Source: Chitinophaga pinensis (GTDB lineage: Bacteria; Bacteroidota; Bacteroidia; 2-12-FULL-35-15). Taken from it: a stretch of 64,000 bases of DNA. Below the pieces are notes generated by a model. That model made no database searches, was not told where the DNA came from, and was given only the letters and a program-made list of their open reading frames with translations. Positions 20,600-30,165 of this stretch are shown here, one piece after another. How positions within the stretch are numbered: the first letter of the stretch is position 1; each line of letters opens with the position of its first letter. Location of the stretch: contig CAMCUO010000005.1 of NCBI GenBank assembly GCA_945879015.1, positions 1,306 to 65,305 on the forward strand, in the 5' to 3' direction. The position numbers were made by a program, and so were the translations under genes.

Positions 20600-21747
20600 T
20601 GGAACTTTCCTTATCAACAGAGCAAATGCTTATCCAGGAAAACATTATTGGTTTTGCTCAAAAAGAATTGAATAATAATATTATTGAGCGCGATAAAAAC
20701 CAGCAGTTTTTACCTGAATTATGGAAAAAATGTGCGGAACAAAAACTTACTGGATTACCTGTTGAGGAAAAATTTGGTGGTGCTGGTTTAGATCCTATTT
20801 CTTCTGTTTTAGCATTGGAAGCATTGGGTTATGGCTCCGATGACGGTGGTTTGAATTTTTCTATATGTGCACATTTATTGGCTTGTGTTGTTCCTATCTG
20901 GAAATACGGAAACGAAAATCAAAAGAAAAAATACTTGCCTGATTTATGTAATGGAAAAAAAATTGCTGTAAATGCAATGACAGAAAGCGAATCGGGTTCG
21001 GATGTTTTTAATATTAAAACAACTGCTAAAAAGCAGGATAATGGATTTGTGATAAACGGAACAAAAACGTTTTGTTCAAATGGTCCAGTTGGAGATATAA
21101 TTTTAGTTTATGCGCTTACTGATGAAAGCAAAGGGTATTATGGTGGAATTACAGCTTTCATTGTAGATAAAAATGCAAAAGGATTTAAAGTCGGTCAGAA
21201 ATATGAGAAAATGGGTTTGCGCAGTTCGGGTATTTCTGAAGTAATATTTGAAAATGTTTTTGTTTCAGAAGAAGATATGGTTGGAGGATTTGGTGGTGGA
21301 GCAACGGTGTTTAATCATTCGATGGAGTGGGAGCGAACTGGTATGGCAGCTTTGCATGTTGGAACCATGCGCAAGTTGCTTGAAAAATCAATTGATTATG
21401 TTCAAACACGCAAATCAGGAAATGAAGTAATCGGTAAAAAACAAGCTATCGCTCATCGCATTGCAAATATGAAAGTTCAATTGGAAGCAGCTTCTTTGCT
21501 TACTTATAAAGCTGCATTAGGATTAGAAAAAAATAAAGAGAACATGATTCATGCAGCTTCAGCTAAACTTTTTGTGAGTGAAGCATTTGTTGCTGCTGCG
21601 ATTGATACCATGCAACTTTTTGGTGGAAATGGTTATATGACAGAATACGGTATTGAAAGAATTGTGCGAGATGCTCTTGGAAGTACTGTTTATTCTGGCA
21701 CATCCGATATTCAACGTAACATCATTTCTCGTTTGCTTGGATTGTAA
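20599..21747 (+). CDS. Acyl-CoA dehydrogenase-fold flavoprotein, atypical (candidate acyl-carrier-protein dehydrogenase).
   Basis: 382 aa ACAD fold. The C-terminal signature reads RDALGSTVYSGTSDIQRNIISR; the catalytic Glu of the canonical YEGT is replaced by Ser. Start overlaps the adenylase stop (TAATG). Confidence 0.8.
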   Translation: MELSLSTEQMLIQENIIGFAQKELNNNIIERDKNQQFLPELWKKCAEQKLTGLPVEEKFGGAGLDPISSVLALEALGYGSDDGGLNFSICAHLLACVVPIWKYGNENQKKKYLPDLCNGKKIAVNAMTESESGSDVFNIKTTAKKQDNGFVINGTKTFCSNGPVGDIILVYALTDESKGYYGGITAFIVDKNAKGFKVGQKYEKMGLRSSGISEVIFENVFVSEEDMVGGFGGGATVFNHSMEWERTGMAALHVGTMRKLLEKSIDYVQTRKSGNEVIGKKQAIAHRIANMKVQLEAASLLTYKAALGLEKNKENMIHAASAKLFVSEAFVAAAIDTMQLFGGNGYMTEYGIERIVRDALGSTVYSGTSDIQRNIISRLLGL

Positions 21748-21790
21748 AATATTTAGTATTTTAGCGCTAGTTCTCGATACTACTAAATTT

Positions 21791-23179
21791 ATGAAACTAT
21801 ACGATGTCATCATTATTGGCGGGGGGCCAACAGGTTCAACTGCTGCGACACTTTTAGCTCAAAAAGGGTTAAGTGTTTTGTTGTTAGAAAAAGAATCCTT
21901 CCCAAGAGAACATGTTGGTGAATCATTGATTCCGATTTCTTATGATCAATTGAATAAGTTGGGATTGGTTGAAGAAATGAAAAAAATTTCTAGTCGTAAA
22001 CCTGGAGTTAGTTTTGATGCAAATGATGGTGTGAACCGATCTTTATGGTGTTTTAAAAGTGTTATTAAAGATGAATCATATTTAGCTTTTCATGTTATCC
22101 GTTCGGCATTTGATAAGCTTTTGTTGGATAATAGTAAAAAAGTGGGAGCTGAAGTGAGAGAGCAATACATGGTGAAAAATGTAATTCTTGATAGAGCAGA
22201 TAAAATAGTAGAAGTGCATGCAACAAATGCAGAAGGCAAAGAAGAAAAATTTGAATCCAAATTTATTGTTGACGCAAGTGGACTAAGTACTTTTCTAGGA
22301 AGAAAATTGGGAGTTAAAAAAGCATATGCGGGTTTAGATAGAGTGGCTACTTGGTCGCACTGGACAAACACCGAATTTGATACAAATTTAAAAGAAGGCG
22401 TTATTAAAATTGTTTATTTGGGTGGAGAGAAAAAAGGATGGATATGGGTTATTCCTGTGAGCAAAGAGCATTTGAGCATTGGTGTGGTTGTGAATAACAG
22501 TCATGTGAAAGAAAAGAAAAAGCAATTTCAAGATTCAGAAGATTGGAAAAAAGATTATTATTTGCAGGAACTACAAGAATGTTATTTGTATAAAACGGTA
22601 TTGAAAAACGCTAAGATGGAGCATAAAGTTGCCATGGCTGGTGACTACTCTTATTACTGCGAAAAAAAGTATGGTGAAAATTATGCTTTAGTTGGAGATG
22701 CTGGTGCATTTTTAGATCCTATTTTTTCAAGCGGAATTTTTGTTGGAATGAAGAGTGCTGAATTGGTAGCGGATGGTATTGAAGCGAACCTGAAAGGAAA
22801 AGGGAATGCTGAAATGGACAAAGCTTATGTTAATATCAATGGTGCTGTCAACTTACTTGAAAAATTTATTCGCTTGTTTTATACTCCTGAAGCACTTGAT
22901 TTTTCTAAGATTGGAACTCCAGAAGGACTTTTAATGTTTAAAAAATACGAACAAACATATTCCGTTTTCCATTACTTATTAGCGGGTGATTTTTTCAATA
23001 ATTATGAAAAGTACAGTGAATTTATTGATACCATACGTGATGAGAAGACTATGGCCAAATTCGAAAATTTAATTGATCACGCGCACAGCGCCTTACCTAA
23101 AAGTTGCGGAGAAGATTTTGAAGAAATGTATGGTGAAATGACGCATAAAATTGAGTTTGATCATAAGGCGTTTGAGTAA
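21791..23179 (+). CDS. Flavin-dependent halogenase (PltA/PrnC-like clade).
   Basis: GxGxxG IIIGGGPTGSTAA; FPREHVGESLIP; WxWxIP as GWIWVIPV (22436-22459); FxxPxxSxG as FLDPIFSSGI. The ORF-track N-terminal extension from 21653 overlaps the ACAD gene and is rejected. Confidence 0.75.
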   Translation: MKLYDVIIIGGGPTGSTAATLLAQKGLSVLLLEKESFPREHVGESLIPISYDQLNKLGLVEEMKKISSRKPGVSFDANDGVNRSLWCFKSVIKDESYLAFHVIRSAFDKLLLDNSKKVGAEVREQYMVKNVILDRADKIVEVHATNAEGKEEKFESKFIVDASGLSTFLGRKLGVKKAYAGLDRVATWSHWTNTEFDTNLKEGVIKIVYLGGEKKGWIWVIPVSKEHLSIGVVVNNSHVKEKKKQFQDSEDWKKDYYLQELQECYLYKTVLKNAKMEHKVAMAGDYSYYCEKKYGENYALVGDAGAFLDPIFSSGIFVGMKSAELVADGIEANLKGKGNAEMDKAYVNINGAVNLLEKFIRLFYTPEALDFSKIGTPEGLLMFKKYEQTYSVFHYLLAGDFFNNYEKYSEFIDTIRDEKTMAKFENLIDHAHSALPKSCGEDFEEMYGEMTHKIEFDHKAFE

Positions 23180-23201
23180 ATAGCATTGTGCACCCATTCG
23201 T

Positions 23202-23325
23202 GAGAGATTGCCACATCCCGCGAAAATGCGGGACTCGCAATGACGCTCTGTTATGTGGTTATCGCTTTTAGAACGTCATTGCGAGGCACGACCCGAGCAT
23301 TCGGGGCGGGATGTGGCAATCTCTC
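23202..23325. repeat. About 125 bp composite palindromic element, same family as 7764-7893 but in R-spacer-L order.
   Basis: gagagattgccacatcccgcgaaaatgcgggactcgcaatgacgctct, then a 23 bp spacer, then acgtcattgcgaggcacgacccgagcattcggggcgggatgtggcaatctctc. Confidence 0.7.
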
Positions 23326-23349
23326 CAATATTGCGAAGACCAGTCACCC

Positions 23350-24063
23350 TCAAAAAAACCAAGCACTAACATTCATCACAATCTTCCTTCCCCAAGAAGG
23401 AACATGTTTTAAAAAATAAAAATTCTGAAATTTTAATTGCCACCAAAGTGTTGCATTTACTTTAGCACAAATTTGTTTTTTGTCATTTTCAAATTCTTCA
23501 CGTAAAATATCAATAATCAAAATCCACCGTTCATTTTCTGTTTTGTTCCATACTTCATGTTCGTATGCATCACAGAAGGCAAAGAGTTTTCCATTTTTCC
23601 ATGAAATTTGCTCATTTCCAACTCTCATTCCAATTTCCGGTAAGCTATTTTTGCAGTTTAAAGTAAAGTGACATCGATACATCACATTGCTATCACCATG
23701 ATGTGGTTTTATGGAAGTATTTGCATTTAAAATGGAAAACGAAGCATGTGTCATTGCTGGAATGCTTTCGATTATTCTTGTCGTCTCCGGACATTTTTCA
23801 CAATTTTCTTTTTTCTTTTTGCTCCAAACATACAATGGAAAAATAGTCCAGTTCTCTGCTTTGCTGGCAAGTGATTTATTCATGTAAGGAATAATATTTT
23901 TATCCTTTGATTCAACAAGTTTGGTGAATTCTTTTAAAATTAAATCGTAATTGTCTTCAAAAAGAGCCACCCATTTTTTGTCATGGATATCAAAAAAATT
24001 AGGCTCTGGGCCTTTGTAAGCGCTATTCTCTGCAAACGAATACCATTTCTTTGAATTTCCCAT
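23350..24063 (-). CDS. Aspartyl/asparaginyl beta-hydroxylase-family 2OG/Fe(II) oxygenase, paralog 1.
   Basis: 237 aa. HHGDSNVMYRCHFTL, WKNGKLFAFCDAYEHEVWN, ILIIDI; matches the AspH core (H..R.H..L / FDDSFEHE.WN). Confidence 0.65.
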   Translation of the reverse strand: MGNSKKWYSFAENSAYKGPEPNFFDIHDKKWVALFEDNYDLILKEFTKLVESKDKNIIPYMNKSLASKAENWTIFPLYVWSKKKKENCEKCPETTRIIESIPAMTHASFSILNANTSIKPHHGDSNVMYRCHFTLNCKNSLPEIGMRVGNEQISWKNGKLFAFCDAYEHEVWNKTENERWILIIDILREEFENDKKQICAKVNATLWWQLKFQNFYFLKHVPSWGRKIVMNVSAWFF

Positions 24064-24806
24064 TAGTAAACTTTAAATAGATTAACACTTACTATAGCCA
24101 GTCGTGTAAATGGATGTAAACATTTTGCTAAAAACTTAATTGTTCTAGCAGATAATTTTTTAAGAAAAGTATATTTCTGCCATCTCTTTTGTAAAAAAAG
24201 CGAAGTCATTACTGTTGCGCAAATTTTTTCTTTTTCATTTTTAAATTCATCACGCACAACATCCACCACAAAAATAAAACGATCTTTCTCCGAATTATTA
24301 TACGCTTCATGTTGATAGGCATCCATAAACATCAACCATTTCCCATTTTTCCATGGACGAACTTCCTCTTTAACTTTAAAGGCACATTCTGGAAGTCCAG
24401 CCGGAATTTCCAGTCCTAAATGACATCTATAAATAGTATTTGTATCTCCGCAATGTGGATGAATTTTACTTTTTGCTTCTAATAAATTAAAAGAGGAAGA
24501 AGTAATTTCTGGATATTTTTGAATAATGGAATAAGTTATTGGAAAATATTTCTGATTTTTAAACTGTTGAATTCCCCATGTTCTCAGTGGAATTGTTTTC
24601 CAGCTATTTTCACGCGAAACCATTGATTTTATAAAATAACCAATGAGGTTGTCGCTTTTAAGATATTCTTTGAGTTCTTTATAAATGGCTTCGTAATTTT
24701 CTTCAAACTCTTTTGTCCAGCGAAATTCTTCTGGTTTAGTAAAAGGAGCTTCCGTTCCATGATATTCGTCATTTACGTTATATATGTTGTACCAAGCCTT
24801 TTGCAT
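24063..24806 (-). CDS. Aspartyl/asparaginyl beta-hydroxylase-family oxygenase, paralog 2.
   Basis: 247 aa. HPHCGDTNTIYRCHLGL, WKNGKWLMFMDAYQHEAYN, FIFVVDV. Its stop overlaps paralog 1's start. Confidence 0.65.
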   Translation of the reverse strand: MQKAWYNIYNVNDEYHGTEAPFTKPEEFRWTKEFEENYEAIYKELKEYLKSDNLIGYFIKSMVSRENSWKTIPLRTWGIQQFKNQKYFPITYSIIQKYPEITSSSFNLLEAKSKIHPHCGDTNTIYRCHLGLEIPAGLPECAFKVKEEVRPWKNGKWLMFMDAYQHEAYNNSEKDRFIFVVDVVRDEFKNEKEKICATVMTSLFLQKRWQKYTFLKKLSARTIKFLAKCLHPFTRLAIVSVNLFKVY

Positions 24807-24850
24807 CCACTCTTTATTTATTATATTTGTTTTAGTAAAAACTCTAGCAA

Positions 24851-25537
24851 ATGTCTGAATTCGAATTTACAAATAAAAATCCTAAGTTCTTTTATGATTC
24901 TGCTCAGTTTCCTTTTTTGAAGCCATTGCTTGATAATGTTGGGGTTATTCGAAAAGAGTTGCAAGATATTATTGCTTCAGGAAAGGAAAATCAATGGATG
25001 AATACGTTTCCACATTATGTAAAATCTGACGAGCACAAAGCTTGGAAGGTATTTTCATTTTTGTTCTTTAATATGAAGCTTCCCAACAACGCAAAATTAT
25101 GTCCGAAAACGGCTGAACTCATTTATTCTATTACAGAGATTCTTTCTTGTGATTATTCTTATATGAATCCAGGAACTCATGTGCTGCCTCACAAAGGTTA
25201 TTCACGAATGGTTTTACGTTGTCACATTGCTTTGATTGTTCCAGATGAGGAACTTTGTGCTTTACGTGTTGGAAATGAAATTAAACATTGGAAAGAAGGC
25301 GAACTTATAATTTTTGATGATTCATTTGAACATGAAGCATGGAATAGATCCGACAAAAGAAGAGTTGTTTTAATGTTTGATATTCCAAATCCCCTTTGGG
25401 GATATACTGCTCATGAAATTTCAAAATATAAAATTGATAAAATTGATGATCCTTTTCTTTTATCGATGGCTCCCAAAGATGAATGGATAAAAGCGTTTGA
25501 AAAAGGAATTTTTCCTTTGGAGAGTTTTAAAGATTAA
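24851..25537 (+). CDS. Aspartyl/asparaginyl beta-hydroxylase-family oxygenase, paralog 3 (most canonical).
   Basis: 228 aa. LPHKGYSRMVLRCHIALIVP, WKEGELIIFDDSFEHEAWNRSDKRRVVLMFDI. Near-textbook AspH C-terminal core. Confidence 0.7.
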   Translation: MSEFEFTNKNPKFFYDSAQFPFLKPLLDNVGVIRKELQDIIASGKENQWMNTFPHYVKSDEHKAWKVFSFLFFNMKLPNNAKLCPKTAELIYSITEILSCDYSYMNPGTHVLPHKGYSRMVLRCHIALIVPDEELCALRVGNEIKHWKEGELIIFDDSFEHEAWNRSDKRRVVLMFDIPNPLWGYTAHEISKYKIDKIDDPFLLSMAPKDEWIKAFEKGIFPLESFKD

Positions 25538-25602
25538 ATTTTGGTTGAGAATTGTTATATAGTCAATTGATTAAAGGTATTCTCAGCTTAAATGGTTCTG
25601 AC

Positions 25603-26526
25603 TTATTTCTTCTTCACAAAAACTTTCTTCACCAAACCAACCGCTTTCTCAACAACTAAACCTACAATAATTCCAGCAAGGACACAGGATAGTGCTTTTA
25701 TAAACCAGGCCAAAGCAGACATGTTAGCCAAAGTGTGTTCGAGATCGTGAATTAAATTGGCAGAAAATTCAAAGCCGTGAGCAATGATTTCTGCACCCAC
25801 CCAAAGCATGGCTGCGGTACCCACATAACTCAAAATTTTTAGGAAATGCGGCATGAACCTGACAAGACCAAGTCCGAATTTTTGCAGGACAGGATGAAAT
25901 TTATCCTTGGCTAAGTGAAGTCCTATGTCGTCTGCTTTAACAATCAATCCAACAAATCCGTAGACTGCAATAGTAATAAAAACACCAACAGCCAGCATCA
26001 CCAAAATCTGCTTCATCATTGGCTGGTCGGTGACATAACTATAAGCAATGGCAATAATTTCTGCGGAGAGAATAATGTCAGTGCGAACCGCACCTGTAAT
26101 CCTTTCTTTTTCCAATTCATCTGGCGTGATGACTTTTACTTCATCCATTGTTAGAGGCAGATCAGGATGTTTGCTAAACATTGAATGCAACTTTTCGTAC
26201 CCTTCGAAACATAAATAAGCTCCACCTAACATTAAAATTGGTGTGATTGCCCAAGGAGCTAAGTACCCGAGCAACAAAGCTGCAGGAGTTAAAATAAGAA
26301 GTTTATTTATGAGAGATCGTTTGGCAATCCTGTAAATGATAGTTAGTTCACGTGATGGATCGAGTCCAACAACGTACTTTGGCGTAACGGCTGTATCGTC
26401 AATGACAATGCCCGAAACCTTCCCGCTAGTTTTGATTACCTGTGCAGGTACATCACTCAAGTTGGCTGCAGTTGTTTTTACTAAAGCTGAAATATCATCT
26501 AAAAGTGCAAAAAAACCCGAAGCCAT
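25603..26526 (-). CDS. DUF808 (YedI-like) inner-membrane protein.
   Basis: MASGFFALLDDISALVKTTAA and PWAITPILMLGGAYLCFEGYEKL match the E. coli YedI family. Confidence 0.7.
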   Translation of the reverse strand: MASGFFALLDDISALVKTTAANLSDVPAQVIKTSGKVSGIVIDDTAVTPKYVVGLDPSRELTIIYRIAKRSLINKLLILTPAALLLGYLAPWAITPILMLGGAYLCFEGYEKLHSMFSKHPDLPLTMDEVKVITPDELEKERITGAVRTDIILSAEIIAIAYSYVTDQPMMKQILVMLAVGVFITIAVYGFVGLIVKADDIGLHLAKDKFHPVLQKFGLGLVRFMPHFLKILSYVGTAAMLWVGAEIIAHGFEFSANLIHDLEHTLANMSALAWFIKALSCVLAGIIVGLVVEKAVGLVKKVFVKKK

Positions 26527-26584
26527 ATGCTATAATTTTGCTAATGTGTACATATTGAAATCGATGCAGGTGATTTTTTTCGAT

Positions 26585-27196
26585 TTAGAGCAAAGCATTT
26601 ATCGCCTCCATATTCTCATCACAAACTTCACCGCTAAATTTTAATTCCGCATTTTGATCGCTCAAAATTGCAGCAGCTTTATTTAGTTTTGCACCAATTG
26701 TTTTGTAGTCATCCACGTGCAATTCGTATAATTGATTGTCCACATGCTCTTGATCTGACAGTAATTTGTAGCCAAGTAACTTGTTGTAATGAATGGCTCT
26801 ATCATTGTCGCTCAATATTCTGATACGAGAAATTTTGCTGACATTTAATTTTAAAAACATAAAATTCAAAAGACACAATGTTGCAAAAACGGCTGCAAAG
26901 GAGCTGATGTAGTCTTTGTCACTAATAAAAATTCCTCCTTCGCCAAATCCTAAGCCTACATCATAATTTTTTGCATTGATGAGTCCAACTTGTTTGCCTT
27001 CAAATTCAATAATAAAATAATAATTGTTTCTGTTGTTTACGGATTTGAACCAAATTTTTTGAGCTTCAGGTGTAATGAAATTACGGTATTCCATGTAATT
27101 AGCAATATCACTTTGGTTTCTCCAATTACGAACCATCTCAATATCTTTTTCTTGCACTCTTACAAGCCGAACGCCATATTGTTCAAGAACTAACAT
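26585..27196 (-). CDS. GNAT-family N-acyltransferase (RimJ/RimL-like).
   Basis: 203 aa. Lies at the 3' end of the KASIII operon; its start overlaps the GT2 stop. Confidence 0.55.
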   Translation of the reverse strand: MLVLEQYGVRLVRVQEKDIEMVRNWRNQSDIANYMEYRNFITPEAQKIWFKSVNNRNNYYFIIEFEGKQVGLINAKNYDVGLGFGEGGIFISDKDYISSFAAVFATLCLLNFMFLKLNVSKISRIRILSDNDRAIHYNKLLGYKLLSDQEHVDNQLYELHVDDYKTIGAKLNKAAAILSDQNAELKFSGEVCDENMEAINALL

Positions 27197-28107
27197 ATGA
27201 TTTCGTCTTCGTTATAGGAAGGCGCATTGTTCAAAGCTTTTAACATCTGACTTATATATTGTGCGACAATTCCAATGCAGAAAATAATTATACCTGTAGA
27301 AAAAAGAATACTTACAATCAAAGAAGTATAACCTTCCACATCAATTTTTAAGTAAAACTTTTTAATGATGTAAAAAATTCCAATAATGAAATTGATAGTA
27401 GCTAAACTAAATCCAATATAGGTTACCAATTTTAATGGTAGAGTAGATGAAAACATGATGATGGTAGAAGTCATCTTAAACAATCCTGCTACTTTGTAAC
27501 GTTGCTTATGTATGTAATCAGGATTTGCATTTACATCTACAAAGGCTAATTTTTTTGTGTACCATAAACACAATTCATCAATAAAAACAAATTGTTTGTG
27601 ATTGTGTACCAACTTATCAGTCAGTGATTTTTTTAATAATCTAAAACTGCTTCCTTTTCCTTTTTGTGGGCCTTCCAGCTTTGCTAGTATTTTATATGCT
27701 CCAGAAAAAATTCCTCTAAAAAAAGGTTGATTTTGTTTTGGATACAATCCATAAACCAGATCAGCATTTGTATTTTTTTGATTATCGATTAGCTTTTGAA
27801 TTTCTGAAGGGTGAACTTCTAAATCATCATCAATGGTAATAACAAAATCTCCTTTCGCATGTTTGAAGCCACAAACAGTAGCTCCGTGCTGACCGAAATT
27901 TTTACTTAAGCGAATAATGGTTGTGTTGGATGAACTTGCTTTTATTTTTTTTAATACTTCCCAGCTATTGTCGGTACTACAATCATCCACAAAAATAATT
28001 TCGTAGGAATATTTGTTTTCAAAAAATGAAACAATGCTTTGGTGCACCTTCTCAAGTGCATTTTCAGAACCATAAACTGGAATAACTATGCTATAGTTTG
28101 TGCTCAT
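27190..28107 (-). CDS. Family-2 glycosyltransferase, polyprenyl-phosphate sugar synthase type (ArnC/GtrB/DPM1-like).
   Basis: SIVIPVYGSENALEKV...YEIIFVDDCSTDNS (DxD). Two C-terminal TM helices; about 305 aa, the ArnC architecture. Confidence 0.75.
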   Translation of the reverse strand: MSTNYSIVIPVYGSENALEKVHQSIVSFFENKYSYEIIFVDDCSTDNSWEVLKKIKASSSNTTIIRLSKNFGQHGATVCGFKHAKGDFVITIDDDLEVHPSEIQKLIDNQKNTNADLVYGLYPKQNQPFFRGIFSGAYKILAKLEGPQKGKGSSFRLLKKSLTDKLVHNHKQFVFIDELCLWYTKKLAFVDVNANPDYIHKQRYKVAGLFKMTSTIIMFSSTLPLKLVTYIGFSLATINFIIGIFYIIKKFYLKIDVEGYTSLIVSILFSTGIIIFCIGIVAQYISQMLKALNNAPSYNEDEIIC

Positions 28108-28847
28108 ATTTTACTATTTAAAAGTAATCCACCATCCATTTTTATAACTGTTCCAGTAATTCTTTTTGATGCGGCACTTAATAAAAACGCAGCAGTATTT
28201 GCAACATCAATTGGTTCACTTATTCCAAGTGGGTAACGACTTTCAATTTCTGCAAATTCTTCTTTTGAATAAATTTGCTCTGCTTGTTCCAAAATTTTTG
28301 TCCGAACCAGACCAGGAGCAATGGTGTTTACTCGTATTTTTTTAGAAGCTGTTTCCAAAGCCAATCCTAAAGCAAAAGACTCTAATGCAGCTTTTGATGC
28401 AGTATAAAGCGAACCTCCCGTGTATGGATGATTTGCAGAAATGGATGAAATGAAAACAACTGATGCTTCGTTATTTAATTTTTTTGCAGATAATAATCCA
28501 CTACTCAGCAATACAGCCGATGAAAAATTTATTTTAAAAAGTTCATCAATGTGTCTTGATTTTAAAAACTTTATTGGAAGTGGATTGATAATTCCAGCAC
28601 AATGAACGAAACCATCAATAGCAGGTATTTTAGAAATCAAATAATTAATTTCCTCTTCGTTTGACAAATCAGCAATAAAAAAGCCTGCTTTATTTTTTAA
28701 TAATGCTTTTGTTTTATTTAATTCATCAGCATTGCGACCAGTGATAATGATATTAGCACCCAAAGAATCACACAATTGCGCAGTTGCTCTTCCTATTCCA
28801 GAAGTAGCACCAGTCACCAAAATTGTTTTATTCTCAAGCTCTGTCAT
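28104..28847 (-). CDS. SDR-family 3-oxoacyl-ACP reductase (FabG-like).
   Basis: TGATSGIGRATA Rossmann motif; YTASKAAL catalytic YxxxK. Confidence 0.8.
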   Translation of the reverse strand: MTELENKTILVTGATSGIGRATAQLCDSLGANIIITGRNADELNKTKALLKNKAGFFIADLSNEEEINYLISKIPAIDGFVHCAGIINPLPIKFLKSRHIDELFKINFSSAVLLSSGLLSAKKLNNEASVVFISSISANHPYTGGSLYTASKAALESFALGLALETASKKIRVNTIAPGLVRTKILEQAEQIYSKEEFAEIESRYPLGISEPIDVANTAAFLLSAASKRITGTVIKMDGGLLLNSKI

Positions 28848-29892
28848 ATTCTAAAAGTTTTGTATAAACATTTTCGGTTTCTAAAATAACACTTCCCCAG
28901 GAATATCCAACTCCGAAACCACTCAATAACAAAGATAATTTTTTTGTTCGTAATGCTTCTTTCATTTTGTAGCACATGGTTAATGGAATAGAAGCGGAGC
29001 TAGTGTTCCCAAAAACATCTATAGAATAAGGCACTTTTTCAAGATCTATTTTTAATTTTTTTCTCACACTTTCGTTGATGAGCTTGTTGGCTTGATGCAT
29101 AACGAAGTAATCTGTATTCTCTTTTGATTTATTACTTTTTTCATAAAGTGTAGTAATATTTGAAGCCGCTTCTTTCAATGCAAAATTAAAAACATCCATT
29201 CCATTTAAAATCAAATGCTTTTTTGCTCTACTAATTCCTGGTTCAATTTCTACTAAATCTTCCAATGTTTTATCAAACGGTGTTCTGCAACTTCCATGTT
29301 CAATTATGATTGCATTTTTTCCGGAGCCATCGCTTTGTAAATTAAAATGCATTTCATTTTTAGTTTGTGAATGCTCTATCAATGTTGCGGTTCCTGCATC
29401 TCCAAAAAGTGGATAAGTGCTTTTATCGGTATATGTTGTAGATGTAGATGACTTATCTCCAACTATCAATAAGCCTTTTTTTAATTGTCCGCTTTGCATT
29501 AAGTTGGTGATTACCGACAATCCATAAACATATCCAGAACAACCTAAGCTGATATCAAATGCGATACAATCTTTTTTTAATCCTAAACGGTTTTGTAATA
29601 AAATGGAAGTCGCTGGTAAAATATAATCGGGTGACTGAGAAACAAAAATCAGGACATCAATTTCTTCAGCACAATTATATTTATCTAATAAATGTTTAGC
29701 TGCTGTAAAACATAAATCGGAGCAAGCAACATCTTTAGCGGCAACTCTTCTTTCTTTTATTCCAGTAGTTTTTGCAAATAATTCTCTTTCCTCAACTGAA
29801 ATATGATTGTAATCGGCAGTTTTTTCTATGTGAGTTGGCACACAGCTGGAGATTGCAATAATATTCGTTTTAGTAGTAGATAGATAGGCCAC
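28834..29892 (-). CDS. 3-oxoacyl-ACP synthase III (FabH-like), copy A.
   Basis: Cys-His-Asn triad: SLGCSGYVYGL, MHQANKLI, FGNTSSASIP. Confidence 0.8.
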   Translation of the reverse strand: MAYLSTTKTNIIAISSCVPTHIEKTADYNHISVEERELFAKTTGIKERRVAAKDVACSDLCFTAAKHLLDKYNCAEEIDVLIFVSQSPDYILPATSILLQNRLGLKKDCIAFDISLGCSGYVYGLSVITNLMQSGQLKKGLLIVGDKSSTSTTYTDKSTYPLFGDAGTATLIEHSQTKNEMHFNLQSDGSGKNAIIIEHGSCRTPFDKTLEDLVEIEPGISRAKKHLILNGMDVFNFALKEAASNITTLYEKSNKSKENTDYFVMHQANKLINESVRKKLKIDLEKVPYSIDVFGNTSSASIPLTMCYKMKEALRTKKLSLLLSGFGVGYSWGSVILETENVYTKLLEYDRA

Positions 29893-30129
29893 TTATTTTA
29901 ATTTTTCGATAGTAATATTATAAAGATCTTGGATTGTTTGTGCCGATTTTAAATCAGCGCCATTTAATAATGCATTAAAATTCGCATCAATGTATGCAAT
30001 GATAATTAAGGCATGCATACTGCTCCAACCTTTTATACTTCTAAAGTTTGTAGCGGAGCTAAGAGTCCCAGGTTCTAAATCTTCAAATTCAACTTCTAAA
30101 CCTTTCGTAAATTCTTCTATGCTATTCAT
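29893..30129 (-). CDS. Acyl carrier protein (dedicated).
   Basis: 78 aa acidic. KGWSSMHALIII has the Ser attachment site. Sits between the two KASIII genes. Confidence 0.6.
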   Translation of the reverse strand: MNSIEEFTKGLEVEFEDLEPGTLSSATNFRSIKGWSSMHALIIIAYIDANFNALLNGADLKSAQTIQDLYNITIEKLK

Positions 30130-30165
30130 AAATGTAAATATATTAAAATATACAATTCAAGATGA

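Noticed and set aside
21653-21790. N-terminal 46-codon extension of the halogenase ORF in the six-frame track
   Set aside because: It overlaps the 3' end of the ACAD gene in another frame. A canonical start MKLYDVIIIGGGPTG (GxGxxG at the extreme N-terminus) occurs at 21791.
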